A DNA stretch of 64,000 bases. It comes from Candidatus Zhuqueibacterota bacterium. Its GTDB lineage: Bacteria > Zhuqueibacterota > QNDG01 > JABMRT01. This document shows positions 55,106-64,000 of this stretch, one piece after another; position 1 is the first letter of the stretch; every line of letters begins with the position of its first letter. Position numbers and translations under genes: made by a program. The stretch lies in assembly GCA_013202295.1 (NCBI GenBank), contig JABMRT010000292.1, positions 12,486-76,485 on the forward strand. Reading direction: 5' to 3'. The notes under the pieces were generated by a model. The model searched no databases and was not told the DNA's origin. It saw only the letters and a program-made list of their open reading frames with translations.

Positions 55106-56659
55106 ATGGGAAAAGCGGACGCTAAAAATAAAGAACTCAATGCCAAGGAAGCGCTGATCAAGCAGATGGGCGGCGACAAAGCTGTTGCCAAACAGCATGA
55201 AAAAGGCAAATTAACAGCGCGTGAAAGGATCGAAGCCTTTTTTGATCTTGACACATTCCGCGAAATTGACATGTTCGTGGAACATCGGAACAACAATTTC
55301 GGCCTCGACAAACTAACCATTCCATCCGATGGCGTAATTATCGGACATGGCCTTGTCAGCGGTCGGCCTGTATTCGCCTACTTTCAGGATTTTACGAGCC
55401 GTGGCGGATCACTTGGTGAAATGCACGCCAAGAAAATTTGTAAAGTGATGGACATGGCAGCCAAGGCCGGCGCCCCGATGGTCGGTTTTAACGATTCCGG
55501 CGGCGCACGCATTCAGGAAGGCATTGACGCACTTTCCGGTTTTGGCGAGATCTTCTTCCGCAATGCCCGCACATCCGGCGTGATTCCCCAGATCTCAGTG
55601 ATCATGGGTCCCTGTGCAGGCGGCGCCGTATACTCACCCGCCATGACAGACTGGGTGTTCATGGTCAAAAAAACCAGCTTTATGTACATTACCGGCCCGG
55701 AAGTCATCAAAACCGTGACCGGTGAAAAAACCAATCATGAGGAGTTGGGCGGCGCACTGGCCCATAACACCAAAAGCGGCAATGCCCACTTTGCCTGCAA
55801 CGACGAGCAGGATGCTATCAACGGCGTCAAAACCCTGCTCAGCTTCCTGCCGGACAACAACATGGGTGAGCCCCCCTATATCATGCCTTCGGACAGTCCT
55901 GAACGCATTTGTCCCGAACTGGACACCATCATTCCCGAAGACACAAAAAAAGCATACAACATGCGCGATGTGATCCACAGCATCGTGGACAACGGTGCAT
56001 TTTTTGAATCGCATCAGCACTATGCGGAAAATATCATCACAGCGCTTGCACGCCTGAATGGTCGTCCTGTGGGTATCATCGCCAGCCAACCACAATATCT
56101 GGCCGGTTGTCTGGATATCAATGCCTCGGACAAGGCCGCACGTTTTATCCGTACCTGTGACGCCTTTAATATCCCCCTGATTAATCTGGTGGATGTACCG
56201 GGTTACCTCCCCGGTAAAGACCAGGAGTGGAATGGCATCATCCGTCACGGCGCGAAACTGCTCTGGAGCTATTCCGAAGCGACTGTGCCCAAATTGACAG
56301 TGATCACCCGCAAAGCCTACGGTGGCGCTTACATCGCTATGTGCTCCCGCCATCTCGGCGCAGACATGGTCTTCGCATGGCCCTCTGCAGAGATCGCAGT
56401 GATGGGAGCCGAAGGTGCAGTCAATATCATCTACCGTAAAGAGATCGCAGCAAGCAAGCAGGGCGATAAGGTCAAAGAAGAAAAGATGGATGAATATCAG
56501 GACCTCCTCTACAATCCCTATGTGGCGGCCAGTCGTGGTTACATTGACGCGGTCATCCAGCCGCAGCAAACCCGCGTCCGGTTGATTGAGGCGCTGGAAA
56601 TCATGAAAACCAAAAATGAAACCCTGCCACCCAAGAAACACGGCAACATTCCCCTGTAG
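55106..56659 (+). CDS. Acyl-CoA carboxyltransferase subunit (methylmalonyl-/propionyl-CoA; transcarboxylase 12S-like)
   Basis: GKLTARERI, DSGGARIQEG, GPCAGGAVYSPA, RKAYGGAY and KKHGNIPL motifs. Confidence 0.95.
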   Translation: MGKADAKNKELNAKEALIKQMGGDKAVAKQHEKGKLTARERIEAFFDLDTFREIDMFVEHRNNNFGLDKLTIPSDGVIIGHGLVSGRPVFAYFQDFTSRGGSLGEMHAKKICKVMDMAAKAGAPMVGFNDSGGARIQEGIDALSGFGEIFFRNARTSGVIPQISVIMGPCAGGAVYSPAMTDWVFMVKKTSFMYITGPEVIKTVTGEKTNHEELGGALAHNTKSGNAHFACNDEQDAINGVKTLLSFLPDNNMGEPPYIMPSDSPERICPELDTIIPEDTKKAYNMRDVIHSIVDNGAFFESHQHYAENIITALARLNGRPVGIIASQPQYLAGCLDINASDKAARFIRTCDAFNIPLINLVDVPGYLPGKDQEWNGIIRHGAKLLWSYSEATVPKLTVITRKAYGGAYIAMCSRHLGADMVFAWPSAEIAVMGAEGAVNIIYRKEIAASKQGDKVKEEKMDEYQDLLYNPYVAASRGYIDAVIQPQQTRVRLIEALEIMKTKNETLPPKKHGNIPL

Positions 56660-56671
56660 GAGTGACCTGAT

Positions 56672-57007
56672 ATGAATAAAAGAAAAGCAGCAGCGATTGC
56701 GGGTGTCATGCATTACCTGCAGGAGGAACGGTCCCAACAGGAAGATGCGTCTCCATATGCACTTCCCCACCATCGTATTAATCCATGGGCCTGCTTTGGT
56801 CGTCGCACCACTGCCAGACTGAACAAACTGGTTCAGCTCCAATTATTCAGAAAACATCATTTCTGTCCGGATCACAATCAGCCGGAAAAAGGATTTCAGC
56901 TGCAACGTGCCAAATGGCTCGGTTCCCGGATGTGCCGCTCTGTTTCCTACAGAGCCACATCACGAATGCAGACAAGTATGCAACCGAGAGACGATAAGAA
57001 GGAGTAA
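56672..57007 (+). CDS. Small carboxylase-associated protein (epsilon-subunit-like N-terminus)
   Basis: AAAIAGVMHYL...W..FGR pattern between the two carboxylase genes; GGAG RBS. Confidence 0.55.
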   Translation: MNKRKAAAIAGVMHYLQEERSQQEDASPYALPHHRINPWACFGRRTTARLNKLVQLQLFRKHHFCPDHNQPEKGFQLQRAKWLGSRMCRSVSYRATSRMQTSMQPRDDKKE

Positions 57008-57016
57008 AAATAGATC

Positions 57017-58921
57017 ATGTTTTTTCTTAAAAAGAATAAAAAGATCGATGTGATGATGACCGCATTCCGTGACGGATTTCAATCCGTTTATGGCGCTCGT
57101 GTATTGACCCAGGATTTTCTACCCGCGATCCCAGTCGCTATGGAAGCTGGTATTCAGCATTTCGAAGTCGGCGGCGGTGCACGGTATCAGGCACCCTACT
57201 TCTACAGTAATGAGGATGCCTTTGACATGATGGACCAGATCCGTCAGACTACCGGCCCTGAAGCCAACCTGCAGACGCTCGCACGCGGTGTGAATGTGGT
57301 AGGTTTGGATTCACAAAGCTCAGACATAATCAAGCTGCACGCGGAAATGTTCAAAAAACACGGCATGACGACCATACGAAATTTTGATGCATTGAATGAT
57401 GTGGATAATTTGGATTACAGTGGCCGCTGCATTGTCAATGCCGGATTGAAACACGAAATTTGTGTCACATTGATGGGAATGCCTCCCGGACTCTCCGGCG
57501 CGCACACACACGAATTTTATATTGATGTGCTGAGCAAGATCCGGGCTGCGGATATTCCATTCGATTCGCTCTGCTTCAAGGATGCATCAGGCACAGCGCT
57601 GCCGCAAACCGTTTATAAAACGGTAAAAAAAGCACGCTCCAAGATGGGCAGAAAATTTCCTATCCGCTATCACACACATGAAACGGCAGGCATCAGCGTG
57701 GCATGTTATATGGCGGCCTTAGAAGCAGGTGCAAACGGTATTGACCTCTCCATGGCGCCCTGTTCAGGCGGCACGTGTCAAACAGATATCGTAGTCATGT
57801 CGCAGGCGCTCAAAGGCGGCCAATTTGATCTGGGGCTCGACATCGAAAAACTGATGAAAGCGGAAGCGTTTTTTAAAGAATGTATGAAGGATTACGTGGA
57901 TCTGCCTGAAGCCGTCCGGGTGGAGCCTATGATTTTCTACTCGCCCATGCCAGGCGGCGCATTGACCGCCAACACACAGATGATGCGTGACAATAAAATC
58001 CTGGATCGTTATCCCGAAGTGATCGCAGCCATGCGCGAAGTCGTCGCTAAGGGCGGTTTCGGCACGTCAGTCACTCCGGTTTCTCAGTTTTATTTTCAAC
58101 AGGCCTTTAATAACGTGATGGCCGGTCCGTGGGAAAAAATCGCTGAAGGATATGGCAAAATGGTACTCGGCTATTTCGGTAAAACCCCTGTACCGCCAGA
58201 TCCCAACATAGTGAAACTCGCCCAGGATCAGCTCAATCTACCGCCAACCACACGCAGTCCCCGCATAATCAATGATGAAGACCCCACCAAAGGACGCGCG
58301 GTTGCAGAGGCCATGTTACGGGAAAATGGTCTTCCTATCACAGATGAAAATGTGTTCATCGCCGCAACATGTAAGGAAAAAGGCATCATCTTCCTAAAAG
58401 GCGATGCTACAGTCAACATCCGCAAGAAAAAGCCGCAGAACGGGGACGATGTAAAACATGAATTCCCCGACGGCATGCCGGAAAAACCGGAGGACATCCG
58501 CAGCTTTGATGTCTATGTGGATAATGAATACTTCAAAGTGGAAGTCAATGATCCGTTGGGGCCACCGCGTATTCGCCATTATCCGGTCTTCCCCAATCCG
58601 ACCTTCCAGACCAGTGCAGCCCACACCCAAGGCGGCATGAATGCGGGGCCAGGTGTTTCTACTCCGACCAAGAAAAAGAAAGATTTTGCACCCGCTGAAG
58701 GTGAAATTGCTGTAACTGCTCCTCTGCCAGGTATCATCATCCGCTACGACAAGAAAGAGGGCGATACCATTAAAGAAGGCGAAACCCTAGCTGTCATTGA
58801 AGCTATGAAAATGAATAACAACATCGACTCACCGACAGATGGAATTATGGGAAAACTTCACTTCAAACCCGGAAAGACCATAGATAAAAGCGATGTGATC
58901 TGCACGATAAAAGCATCGTAG
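57017..58921 (+). CDS. Pyruvate/oxaloacetate carboxyltransferase fused to a biotin carrier (OadA / PycB / 5S-1.3S-like)
   Basis: FRDGFQS, FKDASG, HTHET, MPGG and C-terminal EAMKM biotinylation motifs. Confidence 0.93.
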   Translation: MFFLKKNKKIDVMMTAFRDGFQSVYGARVLTQDFLPAIPVAMEAGIQHFEVGGGARYQAPYFYSNEDAFDMMDQIRQTTGPEANLQTLARGVNVVGLDSQSSDIIKLHAEMFKKHGMTTIRNFDALNDVDNLDYSGRCIVNAGLKHEICVTLMGMPPGLSGAHTHEFYIDVLSKIRAADIPFDSLCFKDASGTALPQTVYKTVKKARSKMGRKFPIRYHTHETAGISVACYMAALEAGANGIDLSMAPCSGGTCQTDIVVMSQALKGGQFDLGLDIEKLMKAEAFFKECMKDYVDLPEAVRVEPMIFYSPMPGGALTANTQMMRDNKILDRYPEVIAAMREVVAKGGFGTSVTPVSQFYFQQAFNNVMAGPWEKIAEGYGKMVLGYFGKTPVPPDPNIVKLAQDQLNLPPTTRSPRIINDEDPTKGRAVAEAMLRENGLPITDENVFIAATCKEKGIIFLKGDATVNIRKKKPQNGDDVKHEFPDGMPEKPEDIRSFDVYVDNEYFKVEVNDPLGPPRIRHYPVFPNPTFQTSAAHTQGGMNAGPGVSTPTKKKKDFAPAEGEIAVTAPLPGIIIRYDKKEGDTIKEGETLAVIEAMKMNNNIDSPTDGIMGKLHFKPGKTIDKSDVICTIKAS

Positions 58922-58942
58922 ATTGATATAAACGTTTATGTT

Positions 58943-58976
58943 AATCCCGGAACAAACCTCTTGTTTCGGGATTTTT
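58943..58976 (+). terminator. Intrinsic terminator
   Basis: AATCCCGGAACAA-ACCTC-TTGTTTCGGGATT followed by TTT. Confidence 0.72.
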
Positions 58977-59032
58977 CTTTTAATAACTTATATTCGTCTG
59001 CATGTTTCAGTGTTACTCTGTGGTAAATTTTT

Positions 59033-59770
59033 ATGACCGATTTCAATATCCTCCACTTTGATCAACTCGACTCAACCAACACCTATGCCATGGCCCACTT
59101 GGACACCCTCCAAGATCGTCAAATTATCCTCTCTGAAAGTCAAACTGCCGGATATGGCCGTTTCAAGCGCATATGGAATTCAGATGCTCCAGAAAACATT
59201 TTCATGAGCATCGTGCTCAAACCAAAACTCGAACTGAATGAAAATTGCCCTATCGCTAATTTAACACAATATATGTCGCTAGTGCTCTGCGATATATTCG
59301 AACAATATGACGTGCATGCCACCATCAAATGGCCTAATGACGTGCTGATGAATGATGCAAAAATTGCTGGACTATTGAGCGAAGCATCGATATGCGACAA
59401 TCACCTGAAAGGAATTGTTCTTGGCGCTGGTGTCAATTTGAATATGAGCGCAGATCAAATTCAACGAATTGATCAGCCCGCTACAGCACTCAATCTCGTT
59501 ACTGGGATACAAATTGACAAGGATGATTTTCTTGAGAACTTACTAGAATTTTTCTTTGAGGATTATGAATCTTTGTTGAAGATCGGTTTCCCTGCCATTC
59601 GGGAGCGATATATTCAAAGAATTCCGTTTCTTGGCAAACGCATCACAGTCAACATGCAGGACCGGACAAAAACCGGTATCGCCGGAGGATTTACAGAAAT
59701 CGGCTGTTTGATACTTAAAACGGAAAGTGAAGGGGAAGTGATCATTACTGCGGGTGATGTAATCCTATAA
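59033..59770 (+). CDS. birA: Biotin--protein ligase without an N-terminal HTH
   Basis: DSTN, QTAGYGRFKR.W, KWPNDVL...KIAGLL and GVNL motifs. Confidence 0.93.
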   Translation: MTDFNILHFDQLDSTNTYAMAHLDTLQDRQIILSESQTAGYGRFKRIWNSDAPENIFMSIVLKPKLELNENCPIANLTQYMSLVLCDIFEQYDVHATIKWPNDVLMNDAKIAGLLSEASICDNHLKGIVLGAGVNLNMSADQIQRIDQPATALNLVTGIQIDKDDFLENLLEFFFEDYESLLKIGFPAIRERYIQRIPFLGKRITVNMQDRTKTGIAGGFTEIGCLILKTESEGEVIITAGDVIL

Positions 59771-59771
59771 A

Positions 59772-61142
59772 TCAGCGATTACCTTGATCCGGAATATACC
59801 AGACATCTTTTTCCAAATCTACACCACCACCCATCTCCTCCTGAACAGCGCGGTCTACTATGTAGACTCCCTTTTTTGCCATTTCTGAAAATGAGTCGAT
59901 GCCATCATTGGGGAAGCCCACACGGGTTCTATGGATATTGAACCGATCAGCAAAGGTTCGGTCAAACGCCTTCTCGACACCCGTTTTGCCAAGCATAAAA
60001 CCCAGGAGCCCGCCCCAGGTGGCCGTTGGATTGTCCGAGTCCCAGCCAGCCAGGGCACCGATTTTGATTGTCTCAACGATGTCCCCTTCCCCATAGAGCA
60101 GACTGACAATGCTTGCCGCAAAGTTAATTCCTGCAGCAAAACAGCCATTGCAGTATAATTTTTTGGATGTGATATCATATTCGTCCATCTGATCGACCTG
60201 ATACCGCTGATATACATTGTCCCGTGCCTCTTCCCACGGCACACCGGATTCATACCAGGATTTGACAAAATCAAACATCGCGGCAGAATATGAATCTTCC
60301 GGCAGATGTTTCCGTGCCTGTTCAGCCATCCAAAAGACCTGGTCTTTCATGCTCATATCCATATCCACACGGGATGCCAATGAATACATGATCACATAAA
60401 ACTCAGCGATCCAAGCTGCATTGTCTCTTGCGGTTGTCCGGATGGGGAGGTAAGCCATGATCAAAGCCACGTCAGGACGGGCAGGCGCGAACAGACCGAA
60501 AATTTCCGTGGTCAGCTGTGCATCGATCATCTCATAATGAGGATTCTTGTCCGGGTGGCTTGTTTCGGGTGGAACAATCCCTTCGCGCATTAAATCCAAT
60601 GCAGCCTGATTCGACACCCACAGATAGTTTTCCTCTTCTGCCTTAATGTGTTTGAGCCAACCTGCTTTGATTTGTTCTCCGGATAACACACTGGTCTGAT
60701 TTGAATACAACAGGTGCTGGTAGATATATTCAATGTCCGTATCATCATCGGCACCCCACACCTCCCCCGGTTCCTCAACCACAAAGTCAATCGTCGGAGA
60801 CAGTTCACTCGGCACCCCTTCGGCCCATATGCTGGGCTGATCCGGCTTGCCCCAATCCTCTCTGGTATAAAAAGCTCCGGTTTTTATTTCACCGATATTT
60901 CCAATCTTGTCCATCTCTGTCACGAGACCGGTCCAGTTGGCGATGCACTGGGCGAGCCAGAATCCCTCGAGTTTTTCCGCATACTCCGATCTTGAAATGA
61001 TTCTGTCAGTGCGTTCAGGAGTGTAGGCTTCATAAGTGAGCTGTGGATCGGCAGGTATTGTTGATCCAACCCGGTTTGAACATGAAGACATGAACAGGAA
61101 TATAACACCACAGATGATCATCCCCTGGTTCAGCTGTTTCAT
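59772..61142 (-). CDS. ADP-ribosylglycohydrolase-family lipoprotein
   Basis: Lipobox MSSC; DDDTD, IDAQL and GWDSDNPTAT.GG motifs. Confidence 0.85.
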   Translation of the reverse strand: MKQLNQGMIICGVIFLFMSSCSNRVGSTIPADPQLTYEAYTPERTDRIISRSEYAEKLEGFWLAQCIANWTGLVTEMDKIGNIGEIKTGAFYTREDWGKPDQPSIWAEGVPSELSPTIDFVVEEPGEVWGADDDTDIEYIYQHLLYSNQTSVLSGEQIKAGWLKHIKAEEENYLWVSNQAALDLMREGIVPPETSHPDKNPHYEMIDAQLTTEIFGLFAPARPDVALIMAYLPIRTTARDNAAWIAEFYVIMYSLASRVDMDMSMKDQVFWMAEQARKHLPEDSYSAAMFDFVKSWYESGVPWEEARDNVYQRYQVDQMDEYDITSKKLYCNGCFAAGINFAASIVSLLYGEGDIVETIKIGALAGWDSDNPTATWGGLLGFMLGKTGVEKAFDRTFADRFNIHRTRVGFPNDGIDSFSEMAKKGVYIVDRAVQEEMGGGVDLEKDVWYIPDQGNR

Positions 61143-61350
61143 TTTTTATCTCCGCAATGTTTATTGACAAAGTTATTAGAGTCACTTAAAAGATAATCAA
61201 TATCCTCCCCTTTGCAAAGCGCTTTCATGGCTTTCAGCTTCTACAGTGATTTGAATTAAGAAAGTATCTATATAATATTAGGCTGTTATCATTTATTTTA
61301 TTATTTTTTTATACATATACGACAAATCATTGTCGAAAGGAGACTGTTTT

Positions 61351-62130
61351 ATGAGAACGATGTTTCGCTATATGTCTGTTATGTTTATTCTCATAGCAGG
61401 ACATTCACCAGCCCAGGATCTCTCCGGTACTGTCACCTATCAGCAAATCACCAAACTCGATTTTGAAACGGTATTTGATGAAGAGGCAATGACCCGCATG
61501 ACACAGTATTTCGGCGGAGAATTACCCGAAGCGAGAACAGGTCAAAAAGTACTCACCTTTGATGTCGAATCTGCTCTGTTTGAAAGTGGGGAACAAGAAA
61601 GCGCTGACCCGATACTGCAGCGGATCACGATGCACATGGAAATAATGCGCCCACCCAGACCCAAGTTGGAAAAAATCTTTTACGATCTCAAAAAAAATGA
61701 AAAAATCGAGCAGGTCGAATTCATGACACGGTATTTTCGTATCGCGAATGAGATCGAAAACCCCGCCTGGAAACTCACCAACAAGAGTACGAATATTCTG
61801 GACTACACCTGCATGGGTGCGGAATTAAAAAGAGGAGATGAGTCCATAATTGCTTATTTTACCTCGGAGATTCCAGTTGCTCTCGGTCCCGGAGACTTTA
61901 TCGGTCTGCCTGGGCTGGTCCTGGCGGTTGAGAAAAACAGTGAAACTGTCTATCTGGCAACATTCATTGATCTTACACCACCGGAAAAGGATATCATTGC
62001 AGAACCAAAGGATGGCAAAAAAATCACACAGGAAGAATTTGATAATATACTGAAAGAAAAAATTGAAGAGTACAAGGAAACGCAGGAAAACGAAATAAGA
62101 AGAAGAAACAATCCGCATCGGGGCCGGTAA
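61351..62130 (+). CDS. GLPGLI-family protein
   Basis: AYFTSEIPVALGP..F.GLPGLVL motif; start ATG 61351 after AAGGAG. Confidence 0.9.
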   Translation: MRTMFRYMSVMFILIAGHSPAQDLSGTVTYQQITKLDFETVFDEEAMTRMTQYFGGELPEARTGQKVLTFDVESALFESGEQESADPILQRITMHMEIMRPPRPKLEKIFYDLKKNEKIEQVEFMTRYFRIANEIENPAWKLTNKSTNILDYTCMGAELKRGDESIIAYFTSEIPVALGPGDFIGLPGLVLAVEKNSETVYLATFIDLTPPEKDIIAEPKDGKKITQEEFDNILKEKIEEYKETQENEIRRRNNPHRGR

Positions 62131-62255
62131 CAATTCGCCCGTATTTATGTCCAATTCATACACGATTTTGTCAACCTGAAATCTTTTCATTTACAAATTA
62201 CACCTGCTTTTACTATCTTTAATGGAAATAGGGTATTAATAATGGAGCCCGATTG

Positions 62256-63022
62256 ATGAAGCGTTCAATTCTGATTCAGTGTGTTAGTGCAAGTATACTC
62301 ATTATGGTATCCAGTCTGTTATCCGCCGGGGACATAGAAGGTGGAGCCGTCAGATACCAGCATATTACAAAATATGATTTCCACACTGTTTTTGCACAGT
62401 TTGACGGTCCCAAAGTCAAAGACTGGCTCGCATCTTTGCCCCCAGAGAATAAGGGTGCCAAGGTACTTGCCTTCATAGAAAACAGAGCACACTACGGTAA
62501 AGATCCATGGGCCAAAGATTTTTTGCCTCAGCATGTCAAAGAGGCCCAGATGAAAGCCGATTATGTGCAGAGACCCAAATCCAATTTGATTGGCATTTAT
62601 TATGATTTCGAAAAAAACGAGATGATCCGTCAGATTGAATTTATGTCACGAGATTTTATGGTGACAGATGAGATCACAATTCCCCCCTGGAAACTCACCA
62701 CCCAAAAAACAAAAATCCTGAACTATCTCTGCATGAGTGCTGAACTCGAAGACGGAGACCGAAAAATCAGGGCCTATTTCACACCGGAAATCCCATTCTC
62801 CGTGGGTCCTGATGAATTTTTCGGCCTGCCCGGGCTCATCCTGGCTGTGGAAATCAATGGAGAAACTGTCTTTCTGGCTCAATCTGTGGACCTGACTCTG
62901 CCGGATGAATCCGTTCTGTCAAAACCGGACAAGGGCAAAAGGTCACACAAGATAAGTTCAACCAAATCATGAAAGAGAAAATAAAAGAGTATCATGAAGC
63001 CAACCAATGGGGCGAAAAGTAA
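62256..63022 (+). pseudogene. Second GLPGLI-family protein with a 1-bp frameshift near the C-terminus
   Basis: GLPGLIL motif. Adding one A at 62937-62940 restores KKVTQDKFNQIMKEKIKEY, matching the paralog, and ends at a TAA overlapping the next ATG. Confidence 0.8.
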
Positions 63023-64000
63023 TGATTCTTGACTTTGACCGGTTAAATCTTGTCAAAACTCTGAAGTGGAATTCTATTTTAATCAAGATTTTGTTTGTTA
63101 CGTTCCCCTGCTTCGCGCAGCACACCATCACCGGACGCGTTATCAACGAAGACGGTGATCCCTTAATCTATGCACAAATCGTGTTGTTAAATCCGGCCGA
63201 CTCCACGTTGCAGTATTTTGACGTGGCAGACGACAAGGGCATCTATGAAATCAAACGTATCCGACCCGGGCAGTATTTGATGCAGTTTTCATTTGCCGCC
63301 AAGGAGATCATATACAAGAGCGTGACCATTCCATCCGAATCGGGGAAAAATCTTGGAGATACCGTGATGAAGCCGGCCCTGACCGAGGAAGTGGTGGTAA
63401 CGGCAGATTATGTCCCGATTCAAATCAAGCAGGATACTGTGTCGTTTAATGCAAAAGCATTCAAAACCAAAAAAGACGCGGTCGTGGAAGATCTGCTGAA
63501 AAAGTTACCCGGAATCGAAGTGGACAAATCCGGAAACATGAAAGCCTTGGGGGAAGACGTCGAACGGGTACTGGTCGACGGCAAGGAATTTTTCGGCAAA
63601 GATCCTAAAATCGCCACAAAGAATTTACCTGCCAAAGCAGTGGACAAAGTGCAGATTTTTGATAAAAAATCCGAAGAAGCCGAATTCATGGGCATCGATG
63701 ACGGCGTGCGCGAGCGCACGATCAACCTCATGCTCAATGAAGATCACAAAAAGGGATATTTTGGTGAAATGGAAGCCGGTGGAGGGACAAAGGAACATTA
63801 TAAGGCAAGCGGGAAAATCTACCGCTTTTCAAGCAAACTGCAGAGCGCACTGCTGGGTATGAACAACAACATCAACGATTTCGGCTATACGGATGAACGT
63901 CATAAGGATTGGGGTAAACAGGTCAGCGGTCGCAACACCTCGGTGGCAGGAGGCCTCAATCTTTCCTATAACAAATCGAAAATCAACCGGTATTTTGGCA
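63022..64000 (+). CDS. TonB-dependent-receptor-like outer-membrane protein with an N-terminal carboxypeptidase-regulatory domain (partial, runs off the right edge)
   Basis: Manual translation: ...TITGRVINEDGDPL..EEVVVTA..KQDTVSFNAKAFKT..VVEDLLKKLPGIEVD..LVDGKEFFG.DP.IATKNLPA..VDKVQI. Confidence 0.9.
   Translation, partial: MILDFDRLNLVKTLKWNSILIKILFVTFPCFAQHTITGRVINEDGDPLIYAQIVLLNPADSTLQYFDVADDKGIYEIKRIRPGQYLMQFSFAAKEIIYKSVTIPSESGKNLGDTVMKPALTEEVVVTADYVPIQIKQDTVSFNAKAFKTKKDAVVEDLLKKLPGIEVDKSGNMKALGEDVERVLVDGKEFFGKDPKIATKNLPAKAVDKVQIFDKKSEEAEFMGIDDGVRERTINLMLNEDHKKGYFGEMEAGGGTKEHYKASGKIYRFSSKLQSALLGMNNNINDFGYTDERHKDWGKQVSGRNTSVAGGLNLSYNKSKINRYFG

Noticed and set aside
55634-56842. 402-aa antisense ORF over the carboxyltransferase, and similar long antisense ORFs at 45795-46523, 47949-48845 and 52530-53270
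   Set aside because: These are shadow ORFs of conserved, codon-biased genes with no independent motifs.
1-64000. CRISPR arrays, tRNA/rRNA genes, integrase or transposase genes
   Set aside because: No regularly spaced repeats, cloverleafs, rRNA motifs or recombinase/transposase ORFs were seen by eye or in the ORF track.

Overview
A 64-kb bacterial chromosomal window, mostly co-linear housekeeping, secretion and envelope genes. PorV, T9SS-like C-terminal domains, GLPGLI proteins and GGAG ribosome-binding sites suggest an FCB-group organism outside the core Bacteroidota, such as a KSB1-like lineage (inference). Contents: a partial chemoreceptor, a secreted DUF362 protein, a pectin methylesterase, a GH5 hydrolase, an NlpC/P60 lipoprotein, an RND-TolC efflux operon, a pentaheme cytochrome/heme-porin/CcsBA locus, a PorV-linked outer-membrane cluster, a transcarboxylase-like biotin operon with birA, and a GLPGLI/TonB-receptor cluster. 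Several things are not visible in the ORF track. (1) A ribosome-mediated attenuator with a tandem-Trp leader peptide (MEIAYISSLTVWWIRK) sits in front of porV, not a trp gene. (2) An integrase-less integron cassette array at 15.3-20.3 kb has three attC sites and includes a 3.2-kb cassette and an ORF-less cassette. (3) A GC-rich dehydrogenase islet is flanked by a 128-bp duplication of the tolC 3' end that has diverged almost only at synonymous sites. (4) There is a collapsed GH114-like pseudogene, a frameshifted GLPGLI gene and several families of REP-like palindromes. No rRNA, tRNA, CRISPR array, integrase or transposase was seen. Family names come from motif recognition, not database searches.
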